A model generated the notes under the pieces. The model was not told the origin of the DNA. It made no database searches and saw nothing but the letters and a program-made list of their open reading frames with translations. The position numbers and the translations under genes are program-made. This document shows positions 44,246-53,294 of a stretch of DNA of 64,000 bases, in pieces. Position 1 is the stretch's first letter. The number at the start of each line of letters is the position of its first letter. Source of the stretch: Escherichia phage AV111; the sequence record OR352941.1; one strand, written 5' to 3'.

Positions 44246-45235
44246 TTAAAGCTTACAAGCAGAACAATCTTCTGCTTTAGGTGTTTCTAATTCATAGTCG
44301 TCTGTACCAGACCCATCACGAGTGTTATGATAGTAGAGGTTTTTTCCGCCAAAGTACCAGAAGTAAAGCAGATCGTCAAGCATTACTGACATTGGCACTT
44401 TACCTTTCTCAAATACTGCAGGGTCATAGTAAGTATTAGCAGAAGCAGATTGGCACACCCATTTCAACATGATAGCAACTTGGGTCAAATAAGGTTTATT
44501 ACCTTTCTTAGCAAGTTTCCACGCGTAGTCGTAAAGACTCATGTTATGTTCTATATTAGGAACAACCTGACGGAAGTTGCCTTCTTTAGATTCTTTAATA
44601 CTTACTGGACCACGTGGTGGCTCAATCCCGTTTGTAGAGTTTGATACTTGACTGCTTGACTCACAAGGCATGAGTGCAGACAACGTTGAGTTACGAATTC
44701 CATGTTCTTTGAGTTCAGCTCGAAGTTCTTCCCAGTCACAGACGTAGTTCGGGGCTGCGATTTGGTCAATCTTTTTATTGTACCAGTCGATAGGTAATTC
44801 GCCTCTAGACCATTTAGTGTCTGAATAATACTCGCAACATCCTTTTTCTTTGGCGAGTTTGATTGATGCTTTGATAAGGCCATATTGCAATCTCTCAAAC
44901 AATTCATGAGTCAAATCGTTAGCGTCTTCATATGAAGCAAAGTTAGAAGCTAACCATGCGGCATAGTTCGTCACACCAACACCGAGGTTTCGACGCTTTT
45001 TAGCTTTTAAAGCTTCTGGAACCGGATAATCTTGATAGTCTAACAGGTTATCAAGTGCACGTACTTGTACTTCAGCAAGTTCATTAATTTTATCTTGGTC
45101 TTGCCAATCAAATTTATCTAATACAAAAGCAGATAATGTGCAAAGGCCCACTTCACCTTTGTTTTCAATAACTTGTATTGTTGTATACTCATCATCTTCG
45201 TAAAATTCATCTACAAATTCATAATCAATATTCAT
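44246..45235 (-). CDS. nrdA: Ribonucleotide reductase large subunit NrdA, C-terminal piece (NrdA-b-like)
   Basis: 329 aa; GEVGLCTLSAF...ALDNLLDYQDYPV...NSTLSALMP.ESSSQ.SN.TNGIEPPRG...C-terminal CxxC tail, collinear with E. coli NrdA residues ~455-761; own ATG overlaps the stop of the upstream HNH gene. Confidence 0.88.
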   Translation of the reverse strand: MNIDYEFVDEFYEDDEYTTIQVIENKGEVGLCTLSAFVLDKFDWQDQDKINELAEVQVRALDNLLDYQDYPVPEALKAKKRRNLGVGVTNYAAWLASNFASYEDANDLTHELFERLQYGLIKASIKLAKEKGCCEYYSDTKWSRGELPIDWYNKKIDQIAAPNYVCDWEELRAELKEHGIRNSTLSALMPCESSSQVSNSTNGIEPPRGPVSIKESKEGNFRQVVPNIEHNMSLYDYAWKLAKKGNKPYLTQVAIMLKWVCQSASANTYYDPAVFEKGKVPMSVMLDDLLYFWYFGGKNLYYHNTRDGSGTDDYELETPKAEDCSACKL

Positions 45236-45935
45236 TTAATTCTTCTACCTTTTTTCGAGATATTCCTAGAGCTTTAGATGCTCGATGTATTGATTGATAT
45301 TCTATACCGTTTATTTTTACAGCAATTAAGTTATGGGGTTTTAATCCCTTTGGATGAGGTTTACTGACGTATTCTTGATTATCGTTTTCAGAGATATTAT
45401 CAAGCTTTCGACACTTAAAGCCTTTATGTTGAGACCTTTTGCCTTTGCATACGGCCGACATTGCCGAAGCATTGAGTGAATGTAGTTCGCAAAATTCTCT
45501 TAGGCCTTTATGGATTTCTTCATGACCGTCCGGGAAAGTAAATACCCAAGTTGTTTGAAGTTTTTCTCTATGCTCGTCAGTTACCGGAATACCTTTGTTC
45601 CAAGCTGGTTTGCCTTTATTATTTTCAGATACAGAAATAGCCAATTTTCTTCTAAGCCACCCATGGCGTTTATTGGTGTTCTTTCGTTCAATATTATCTT
45701 CAGAATAAACACACATCATATTAGCGGCAAATACCAATTTATGATTATCTGGATATATCTTTACTAATAATTGATGAGCTATGTAATGCTCTTCGGGTGT
45801 CAAATCTACCAGGTTTTCCTTTGTATCAGAACCACCAATACACAGAGGTATAATATGGTGTGATTCGGTATAGCAATCTAATTTTCTGTTCTTAGCTTTA
45901 GAAATAAGGTTATTGTAAATTTTAGAATAATCCAT
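45225..45935 (-). CDS. HNH homing endonuclease (MobE-like) inserted within nrdA
   Basis: 236 aa; HNH motif ESHHIIPLCIGGSDTKENLVDLTPEEHYIAH; C-terminal basic DNA-binding-like region; lies between the two nrdA pieces. Confidence 0.85.
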   Translation of the reverse strand: MDYSKIYNNLISKAKNRKLDCYTESHHIIPLCIGGSDTKENLVDLTPEEHYIAHQLLVKIYPDNHKLVFAANMMCVYSEDNIERKNTNKRHGWLRRKLAISVSENNKGKPAWNKGIPVTDEHREKLQTTWVFTFPDGHEEIHKGLREFCELHSLNASAMSAVCKGKRSQHKGFKCRKLDNISENDNQEYVSKPHPKGLKPHNLIAVKINGIEYQSIHRASKALGISRKKVEELNEY

Positions 45936-45980
45936 AACTTTTCCTCTTGTTATGGATTATTTATTAACGGCCTGTGTACT
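45225..45980 (-). mobile_element. Homing-endonuclease insertion splitting nrdA (free-standing HEG or ORF-containing intron)
   Basis: NrdA homology stops after the SNLCCEIAIPTNDVN active-site segment and resumes at GEVGLCTLSAF in a separate ORF; the intervening 0.75 kb is almost entirely the HNH ORF. Confidence 0.75.
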
Positions 45981-47405
45981 TTATTTGCTTTGAATTATAC
46001 CGCCAGGATTAGCTTCATAAAACTTAGCTACATCCGACTTCTTAATTTTGATTAAACGGGTTTGTTGGCTATTCACATCATTAGTTGGAATAGCGATTTC
46101 ACAACATAAGTTACTTTGACGAATTGGAGCTTTTTCACGAATAAATGGAGTGTAGTTATTCGTGTTATCAACAAACTGCGGATAAATTCGAGCAGTGCCA
46201 GAACGTTCAGTCATGAACAATTCAAAGAGTTCTAGTGCTTTGATTCTTTTCTTTCTGATTGTTGGGTCTTTTTCAGCTTTCTCATAAAGCTCATGGAATT
46301 TATCTTGATCTTCAAAGAACGAGTAGTATAGTTCGCCTGACATTTCGTGAGGGCTAAATAAAGTAATATAATCATTTTTACCAAGGCGTTCCATCATAAG
46401 GTCATTAATCTGAATTCCGTAGTCCATATGTCGAATACGGTTTTCATCTACGCCTTTGTTATTTTTCAGAACTAATAGGTTCTCTACTTCTAAGTGCCAC
46501 ATTGGATAATACGCTGTAGCAGCACCACCACGAATACCACCTTGAGAACAAGATTTTACTGCAGTTTGGAAATGTTTCCAGAATGGAATAACACCCGTAT
46601 GTCGAACTTCACCCATACCGATCTTAGAACCTTCTGCACGAAGCATACCAACGTTGATACCGATACCAGCTCGTTTAGAAATATATTCAATAATTGATGC
46701 TGAAGTTTTGTTAATAGATTTTAACGAATCACCGGCTTCAATAACTACACAACTAGAGAACTGGCGAGTCGGAGTACGAGCACCTGCCATAATTGGAGTA
46801 GGCAATGAAACTTGATGAGTAGAAACGGCATCATAAAAACGAATAATATGTTTCAAACGGTTATGAGTTTCGTCTTGGTGTAAGGCCATACCAATAGCCA
46901 TGATAGCAAACTGGGGAGTTTCATAAATCTTCCCAGTTGTTTTATCTTTAACTAGATATTTTTCTTTAAGCTGCATAGCACCAGCATAAGTCAGGTCAAA
47001 GTCTCGGTCATGTTTAATCTGTGAATCGAGATAAATGATTTCTTCTGCTGAATATTGAGACAACAGCTCAGGGTCATATTTGCCTTCATTAACACAGTAA
47101 GAAATATGGTCGATAAAAGCAGGCGGTTCAAACTGCCCGTATACATCTTTACGAAGTGCAAACATTAGCCCTTTGGCGGCGACATACTGATAATCAGGTT
47201 CTTCGACAGAAATCAAGTTAGCTGCAACTTTAATACAAATCTTCTGAATATCTTTGGTGCTCATCCCATCGACAAGATGGGTCTTAATTTCTTCGTACAA
47301 TTCATATGGGTCAATTTGTGTTCCTTCACATTGCCAAGTTAAGACTTTAATAATTTTCTGTGCATCAAAATTTTGGGATACACCACTGCTCTTATTTACT
47401 TGCAT
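45981..47405 (-). CDS. nrdA: Ribonucleotide reductase large subunit NrdA, N-terminal piece (NrdA-a-like)
   Basis: 474 aa; ATP-cone N-terminus, catalytic SNLCCEI motif near the C-terminus, then 29 non-homologous residues and stop. Confidence 0.88.
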   Translation of the reverse strand: MQVNKSSGVSQNFDAQKIIKVLTWQCEGTQIDPYELYEEIKTHLVDGMSTKDIQKICIKVAANLISVEEPDYQYVAAKGLMFALRKDVYGQFEPPAFIDHISYCVNEGKYDPELLSQYSAEEIIYLDSQIKHDRDFDLTYAGAMQLKEKYLVKDKTTGKIYETPQFAIMAIGMALHQDETHNRLKHIIRFYDAVSTHQVSLPTPIMAGARTPTRQFSSCVVIEAGDSLKSINKTSASIIEYISKRAGIGINVGMLRAEGSKIGMGEVRHTGVIPFWKHFQTAVKSCSQGGIRGGAATAYYPMWHLEVENLLVLKNNKGVDENRIRHMDYGIQINDLMMERLGKNDYITLFSPHEMSGELYYSFFEDQDKFHELYEKAEKDPTIRKKRIKALELFELFMTERSGTARIYPQFVDNTNNYTPFIREKAPIRQSNLCCEIAIPTNDVNSQQTRLIKIKKSDVAKFYEANPGGIIQSK

Positions 47406-47492
47406 ATATTCCTCAGTATAGGTTGATAGACATTACTCCAAACGGGATAGTATTTATCCCGTTAATTTATTATACACTTTTAAACTGAAGCG

Positions 47493-47747
47493 TTAATTAT
47501 CCTCAGCAATAATTTCTTCGTATTCTTTAGGTGTCAAGACTGTGATATCGAAATAAACCAACGGTTCTTTTTCCATACCGTAACCACCACAGAATTCACG
47601 ATATTCATAAATTCGTTCATGTGAATAACAAATGAATCGTTCACCTTTAACTGTGATTTCACTATTCGGTGAAGGGATATCCAGTTCGGTAGGATTTTTC
47701 ATTTCAAAAATTGTGGTGCCATATGAATTAATAAAACGTAAAATCAT
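47493..47747 (-). CDS. Hypothetical protein
   Basis: 84-aa ORF between nrdA and td. Confidence 0.5.
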   Translation of the reverse strand: MILRFINSYGTTIFEMKNPTELDIPSPNSEITVKGERFICYSHERIYEYREFCGGYGMEKEPLVYFDITVLTPKEYEEIIAEDN

Positions 47748-47748
47748 T

Positions 47749-48609
47749 TTATACCGCCATTTTAGCTTTGATAGCTGGATGAGATTCGTAATTTTTAAGA
47801 ACGAAATCAGAATGTGTCATCGTTCCAGTAACCCAGTCCATTTGGATTTTTGTAGGCCAATTCTCAAAATTACTAGGCCAATTAATTTCAAGAGAACATA
47901 ACTCTTTAGGTTCACGACGAAGAACTTCTTTGCATTGTTCTACATGATTGCTGTAGATATGCGTGTTGCCGCCTGAGAACACTAAATCACCTGGAATAAG
48001 GTTACACATCTTCGCTACAATATGCGTTAAGGCAGCGTACGAGGCGATGTTGAACGGCAGGCCCAAGAAAACATCTACACTGCGTTGATACCATTGTAAA
48101 TCAAGATGTCCATTACGCACATTAAATTGATAGAACATATGACAAGGAGGAAGAGCCATTTGGTCAATTTCGGCTGGGTTCCATGCAGAAACTATTTGAC
48201 GACGATCATTAGGAAGAGCTTTAATACGGTCGATAGTTTTGACCAATTGGTCTACACCACCAAAATCACGCCATTGCTTACCATAAATAGGACCAAGTTC
48301 GCCGCTATGATATCCAAGGTCTTTTGCCTGATTTTCATAGTTGTCGTCCCAAATAGTTTTACCTTCAATTAGACTGCCATGAGTACGAATACGCAAATCA
48401 TTAACATTGGTAGAACCAGACATGAACCACAGTAACTCGGCAATACAAGCTTTCCATGCTAATTTCTTAGTTGTTACTGCAGGGAATCCTTTAGTCAGAT
48501 CCCATCGTAATTTAGTTCCGAACAGAGCAATAGTGCCGGTACCTGTACGGTCGTCTGTTTCGTAGCCATTTTCTAAGATATCTTTAATCAGGTATTGGTA
48601 TTGTTTCAT
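47749..48609 (-). CDS. td: Thymidylate synthase (intronless)
   Basis: 286 aa uninterrupted; TS motifs (LPPCH.F.QF, DLGPIYG); same length as spliced T4 TS. Confidence 0.93.
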   Translation of the reverse strand: MKQYQYLIKDILENGYETDDRTGTGTIALFGTKLRWDLTKGFPAVTTKKLAWKACIAELLWFMSGSTNVNDLRIRTHGSLIEGKTIWDDNYENQAKDLGYHSGELGPIYGKQWRDFGGVDQLVKTIDRIKALPNDRRQIVSAWNPAEIDQMALPPCHMFYQFNVRNGHLDLQWYQRSVDVFLGLPFNIASYAALTHIVAKMCNLIPGDLVFSGGNTHIYSNHVEQCKEVLRREPKELCSLEINWPSNFENWPTKIQMDWVTGTMTHSDFVLKNYESHPAIKAKMAV

Positions 48610-49193
48610 TTATAAACGCTCTCAGTAATTTCGGTGAGTTCATCGATTCTGTAGTAATGAGATTCTACCATAGAACGTTGAAGCATAATATCTTGGACGA
48701 AATCTTTATCAAGTTGAACATCAGAATTAACACGACATTTCTTAATGATTTTAGTCATCACGATTTCATCGGCATAAGGCAGTGCTTGTTTTAATAGAGC
48801 AGGGCCACCAATAACAGATACATCAACATGTTCAGTAGAAAGTTTAAACGGTACGTCAGTTGCAGGGCTAAACAGGTTAATTTCACCACCCATTACCAAG
48901 GTAATAAATTCAGATTGGGCGATATAGAACCGTGCAAGTTCGTTGGTTTTGGTCCTAGGCAGTTTTCTGGCCATATCAGTGACAACCACATGAGTACGAT
49001 CTGGGAGTAGACGAGGTAATGATGCAAAAGTCTTAGCACCCATAACCATTACAGTGTTTTTAGTGCGAGCAACAAAGTTACTCATATCTTGTTTGATATG
49101 CTTCCATGGAAGTCCATCACCTAATCCAAAAGCATATTCCAGTTTATCATCAACTGTTTTAGTCGGAGCACATGCGAATACTAATTTAAGCAT
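48606..49193 (-). CDS. frd: Dihydrofolate reductase
   Basis: 195 aa; ...KLVF...PTKTVD...AFGLGDGLPW...VIGGPALL...ESVYK matches T4 Frd. Confidence 0.92.
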   Translation of the reverse strand: MLKLVFACAPTKTVDDKLEYAFGLGDGLPWKHIKQDMSNFVARTKNTVMVMGAKTFASLPRLLPDRTHVVVTDMARKLPRTKTNELARFYIAQSEFITLVMGGEINLFSPATDVPFKLSTEHVDVSVIGGPALLKQALPYADEIVMTKIIKKCRVNSDVQLDKDFVQDIMLQRSMVESHYYRIDELTEITESVYK

Positions 49194-49195
49194 TT

Positions 49196-49459
49196 TTATT
49201 TCCTCAGATTTTTCTTAACAACTTTCCAATCAGCTTTAAACGATTCAACATCAGAGTGGTGAATCCAGAATCCTGCACTTTCACCATCTTCGTAGAGTGG
49301 ACATCCATCACATTCTTCGTTCCAACCCATTTCACGTAAAGCTTCTTCAGCTTGTTCAAGGAGTTCAGCGTCTTTACCAACGATGTTGAAGTACCATTTA
49401 CCTCTAACTTCAGAATCTTTGATGCTCTGGCGTTGCAATCTCATTTTATTCTCCTTCAC
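49196..49459 (-). CDS. Hypothetical protein (frd.x)
   Basis: 87-aa ORF. Confidence 0.5.
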   Translation of the reverse strand: MKENKMRLQRQSIKDSEVRGKWYFNIVGKDAELLEQAEEALREMGWNEECDGCPLYEDGESAGFWIHHSDVESFKADWKVVKKNLRK

Positions 49460-49505
49460 TTTTATTTGATAGGGCTACTATAACATAACCCTATCTGATT
49501 GTACA

Positions 49506-49898
49506 CTACTTTTTAAAGGTTTTTTGCAAAAGTTCGATGATTTCGTCGACGTTGGTTTCATCTACGATACAATGGATTTTTGTTACACCTAAAGCTATAC
49601 CTTCGTTAGTAGGTTGAGGCTTTACTAAATCTACCTCAGTAAAGTATTTGAACTCGTCAGGATAAATCTCAAAATAAGTTTCAATTCCACCAGAGTCAGA
49701 ACATACAGTACCATCTTCCATAGTTACACTTACTACGTTTGGCGTATCGCTATCATAATCAGGTTCCATTCTGTTTACAACAAAACTAGGCCCGTGGAGT
49801 TCAATCAATTTTAACATCTTAGCATTATTGTGTGGTGCTTCTTGAACAAAGTCGTCTTTAAATAAAGGGTTAATGATATAAGATTTTCCGATTTCCAT
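49506..49898 (-). CDS. Hypothetical protein (frd.x / 32.1-like)
   Basis: 130-aa ORF with early-type promoter at 49928-49956. Confidence 0.5.
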   Translation of the reverse strand: MEIGKSYIINPLFKDDFVQEAPHNNAKMLKLIELHGPSFVVNRMEPDYDSDTPNVVSVTMEDGTVCSDSGGIETYFEIYPDEFKYFTEVDLVKPQPTNEGIALGVTKIHCIVDETNVDEIIELLQKTFKK

Positions 49899-49987
49899 TT
49901 TGATTTCCTCATGTTGTTGATAGGTCTATACTAACACATCCAGGGAAGAAGTAAACAACCTTTTCAGTAATTTACAGATACTCAAAA

Positions 49988-50005
49988 GGGAGACCGAAGT
50001 CTCCC
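49988..50005 (-). terminator. Hairpin gggagaCUUCGgtctccc plus U-run (minus sense) after gene 32
   Basis: Same 18-mer as at 33226; UUUUG follows in the minus sense. Confidence 0.65.
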
Positions 50006-50011
50006 GATTTA

Positions 50012-50914
50012 TTATAGACCGGCTAACAGATCATCGAGGTCGCCATCATCAGAGGATGAGGTAGAGCTCATGAAGTCATCTTCAGTTTTTGCAGAACTAA
50101 AGGCTTCCATGTCTTTATCAAAATCGTCGAGGTCAGAAGCAACTTTATCTGCAACAGAAGCTGCGGCAGCTGCTGCACCACCAAGAGCGGCAGTACCAAG
50201 AACCTTAGCGAAAGATTCATTTAATTTTTCAAAGGATTTGAACTGGTCTTTAGCTGTCAAAGTAGTAAGGTCTACCATCTGGTCATATAGTTCTTTCTGG
50301 AATGCTTCGTCATTAATACGAGGAATTTCAGATTGACCCAAGAATTTAGATTCGTCATAGTTGCTAAAACCAGAAACCTGCTTAGCTTTCAGAACGAAGT
50401 TAGCACCTTCAAACGGACAAGTAACATCAACTGGAGTTTCACCCATTTCGGTATCAACTGCAATCATTGCATTGATTTTGTCCCAAATCTTTTTACCGAA
50501 ACGATATTTAAATACTTTACCTTCGTTATCTGGAGCTTGAGGGTCTTTAACAACCAGAATATTAGCCCAATAAGAAGTTTTACGTTTCAGTTGAGAATAT
50601 TCATTTTTGTTGGTATTGTACAGGTCATTTTTACTAATGTACTGACATACAGGACAAGAGTCGTAATCACCGTGTGTAGAAGAGCAATTTTCAATATACC
50701 ATTTACCATTTTTCTTGAAACCGTGGTTAACAAGAATTGCAAATGGAAGTGCGTCATCTGTTTTTGCCGGCAGGAAACGAATTACCGCTTGACCATTACC
50801 GGATGCATCGAGTTTCAGCTTCCATTCACCTTTCTCTTCTGAAGAGAAACCTTTGTTACCATTCAGTTTAGCCATTTGAGCAGCGAGGTCAGCAGTAGAT
50901 TTACGTTTAAACAT
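50012..50914 (-). CDS. 32: Single-stranded DNA-binding protein gp32
   Basis: 300 aa; [46 protein letters not shown]...acidic C-terminus, matching T4 gp32 (301 aa). Confidence 0.95.
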   Translation of the reverse strand: MFKRKSTADLAAQMAKLNGNKGFSSEEKGEWKLKLDASGNGQAVIRFLPAKTDDALPFAILVNHGFKKNGKWYIENCSSTHGDYDSCPVCQYISKNDLYNTNKNEYSQLKRKTSYWANILVVKDPQAPDNEGKVFKYRFGKKIWDKINAMIAVDTEMGETPVDVTCPFEGANFVLKAKQVSGFSNYDESKFLGQSEIPRINDEAFQKELYDQMVDLTTLTAKDQFKSFEKLNESFAKVLGTAALGGAAAAAASVADKVASDLDDFDKDMEAFSSAKTEDDFMSSTSSSDDGDLDDLLAGL

Positions 50915-50959
50915 TATATTTACCTTTATTTAGATTATTTAATTTATTTACAGTTGGTT

Positions 50960-50983
50960 GCTACGACACTTATACCTCGTAGC
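50960..50983 (-). promoter_or_regulatory. Hairpin in the gene 32 leader, candidate translational operator element
   Basis: Minus-sense GCUACGA-N10-UCGUAGC stem-loop followed by an AU-rich leader; late-promoter-like TATAAATA upstream (plus 50994-51001). Confidence 0.45.
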
Positions 50984-51030
50984 TGGTATGTTTTATTTAT
51001 AAAGTAATTTTAACACACAAGAAATAAAGC

Positions 51031-51684
51031 TTAATACTTACATGATTTGATTGTTTCTATGAACAATTTCTTAGCAGCATTTCCATCGATTTGAAGTATT
51101 TTTCGATATGCCTTTAATTTGGTAGAATAATTTTGCCAGACTAAATTGTCGGTAAGTTCGTCATGCTTATCTATAATATTCAAGAATGAATCTAACAACA
51201 AAAAGGTTTCAAATGAAATTATATTGCTTTGTAGCAATTTAAATATGTAGCTCGACTGAACTTTATTATTATAATCAAATATCTCTTGAAGCGCACTAAC
51301 TTCCACTTTCTTACTGAAATAGTAGATGTTACGTACGTCTTCAGCAAACGTCTCCTTGGCTTGTTTGAGACGTCCAATATATTCCCTATAGAAAACTAAT
51401 GCATCAGCGTCTGATATCTCACCAATCCATGCGTCTTGGTTAGCAACTAAGTTGCTTATGAATATCAAGGTGAGTTCCTTCAATTTATATTTCTCTGCTA
51501 GTTTTTCAAAGAAATATTTATCTCGGCGTTTTTGATACGCGTTATCCGAAACACGCATGCACCAGTTATATTTGATTACGTCATACCGACCACCAAAATG
51601 GTTTTTGCACATCAAGTATAGTTTATATACCGATTTTCCATTAATATAACGTTCTCCATCAGGAGGCATGCGTATTTTAATCAT
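51031..51684 (-). CDS. 59: gp59 helicase loader
   Basis: 217 aa; near-identical to remembered T4 gp59 (..GKSVYKLYLM.K.H..G.YDVIKYNWCMRVSD.AYQKRRDKYFF..). Confidence 0.95.
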   Translation of the reverse strand: MIKIRMPPDGERYINGKSVYKLYLMCKNHFGGRYDVIKYNWCMRVSDNAYQKRRDKYFFEKLAEKYKLKELTLIFISNLVANQDAWIGEISDADALVFYREYIGRLKQAKETFAEDVRNIYYFSKKVEVSALQEIFDYNNKVQSSYIFKLLQSNIISFETFLLLDSFLNIIDKHDELTDNLVWQNYSTKLKAYRKILQIDGNAAKKLFIETIKSCKY

Positions 51685-52019
51685 AATAAGAAATCTAACG
51701 TATTAGTTTTTTCGCCACGAGCAACTGATGGGCGAAGCATGTTTTCGTCAATTGCTTCGCTTGTAATTTTTTCAACAATTCCTGTAGGAATAAATTTAGC
51801 AAATTGTGTTTCTGGAATAGAATTTTCTTCCAAGAAAGCAGTTGTTGCTTCTAAATAAGACATACCAAATTGTTCAACCATGGATTCGATAATGAATCCG
51901 TTTTCTTGTCGGTCAAGCAATTTAGCGATATCATCTTTATCGTGTTTTACTGCTAATTCTTGTTCAGATAAACCGGCCTCATCAACCGGTTTAATATCAC
52001 TTAGTGAAAACTGTGTCAT
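51681..52019 (-). CDS. 33: gp33 late transcription co-activator
   Basis: 112 aa as in T4 gp33; synteny 59-33-dsbA. Confidence 0.85.
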   Translation of the reverse strand: MTQFSLSDIKPVDEAGLSEQELAVKHDKDDIAKLLDRQENGFIIESMVEQFGMSYLEATTAFLEENSIPETQFAKFIPTGIVEKITSEAIDENMLRPSVARGEKTNTLDFLL

Positions 52020-52266
52020 AAAGCTCGACTACCTCTTCGTTTTCAGCTTCAAATTGGTCACGAGCGTCTTTATGATAAAGAGCTAACAAACGATTAAACA
52101 TTTTTCCATCGACGCCAAGCTCTTCTTTAGCACGAGTACGAATGTCTTTAATCAGTTCATTATAACCAGAAATTTTAAGTTTGTTATCAGAAGCTTCCTT
52201 GACTAGTTTAGCCAGTTCTTCACCATGCACATCTTGATTAAATTCAACTGCTTCTTTCTTAGCCAT
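51997..52266 (-). CDS. dsbA: DsbA double-stranded DNA binding protein
   Basis: 89 aa from MAKKEAVEFNQ (the ORF track adds 6 upstream codons overlapping rnh). Confidence 0.75.
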   Translation of the reverse strand: MAKKEAVEFNQDVHGEELAKLVKEASDNKLKISGYNELIKDIRTRAKEELGVDGKMFNRLLALYHKDARDQFEAENEEVVELYDTVFTK

Positions 52267-52273
52267 GTTTACC

Positions 52274-53191
52274 TCAGAATTCATTAATTACACTTGTTAA
52301 TTTAGAAAGACCAGATTTTACAAAGTATGAATAAATCTTGCCTTTAGGTTGTTGTTTATATGAGTTATAATACTCTATAATGGTTGAAGCAATATTATCA
52401 GGGATATAATCAAAATCAATGAGAACCAAATTTTCTTGATACCGTTTATATTCTTCTGCACTTAATAATACTTCAGCTTGAGAACGGTCATTGGCAATTG
52501 CTTCAATAATCGATGTTTTCATACTCGGAGTTCGTTCACCATCAACTCTGGTAAACCAGAAGTCGCCACGAACTCGAACAGATGCAACACCATCCTTACG
52601 GTCACCTTTAAGAATTTTAGTCATGCAATCAATTTCAGCAGAACCATTCTTAATTTTAACCCATTTTTTCTGTGGTGGCGACCACTGTTTAACGTTAGGA
52701 TATTTGTGTAATTGTGTAAAGTCACCATCTGATGCAACAATACATACTTTATGTCCAGCTAATGACAAATATTTAGTTAATACACCGATATGGTCATCCG
52801 CTTCATACTTGTCAATATCCATTACAACGTATGGCATGTATTTCTTAATCTCATCAACAACTTGATGGAGTGCAGTAAAATATCCTTCCCAATCCCACTT
52901 TGAAGCTTCACGATCGGTTTTACGATTTTTCTTGTAATAGTAAGCAAAATCACGTCGCCAATAACCTGAAGTAGCATTATCCATACACAATACAAATTTT
53001 GTATAGCCTTGCTTACGGAACATCACTACGTTTTTACGAATTGAATTCAAGATTACATGGCGAACCATCGGAACAGTAATTTTATCGCCGTCTTCAAAGT
53101 TGTTTAATGCGGCTGCCAACGCAATGTTACTAAAGTCGGCAAGTGCAATACCTTCTTTGTAATCTTCATCCAACATCATTTCTAAATCCAT
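52274..53191 (-). CDS. rnh: RNase H (5'-3' exonuclease, FEN-1 family)
   Basis: 305 aa; MDLEMMLDEDYKEG...near-identical to remembered T4 RNase H. Confidence 0.95.
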   Translation of the reverse strand: MDLEMMLDEDYKEGIALADFSNIALAAALNNFEDGDKITVPMVRHVILNSIRKNVVMFRKQGYTKFVLCMDNATSGYWRRDFAYYYKKNRKTDREASKWDWEGYFTALHQVVDEIKKYMPYVVMDIDKYEADDHIGVLTKYLSLAGHKVCIVASDGDFTQLHKYPNVKQWSPPQKKWVKIKNGSAEIDCMTKILKGDRKDGVASVRVRGDFWFTRVDGERTPSMKTSIIEAIANDRSQAEVLLSAEEYKRYQENLVLIDFDYIPDNIASTIIEYYNSYKQQPKGKIYSYFVKSGLSKLTSVINEF

Positions 53192-53223
53192 ATGAACCTC
53201 TTGTTCAGTTAGTCAACTTGTCT

Positions 53224-53264
53224 ATAGTAACACACTCATTTGAAAGCGTAAACTGGTATAAATA
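53224..53264. promoter_or_regulatory. Back-to-back promoters: early-type for rnh (minus) and late TATAAATA for gene 34 (plus)
   Basis: Minus-sense GTTTAC-N18-TACTAT (53224-53253) and plus-strand TATAAATA at 53257-53264. Confidence 0.6.
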
Positions 53265-53294
53265 AGTATTATTGAAACAATAAAGGAAAAACGA

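Noticed and set aside
45225-45980. Intein interpretation of the nrdA interruption
   Set aside because: An intein must be in-frame with both exteins; here the NrdA N-piece ends at a stop codon, the HNH ORF is in a different frame with its own start, and the C-piece has its own ATG.
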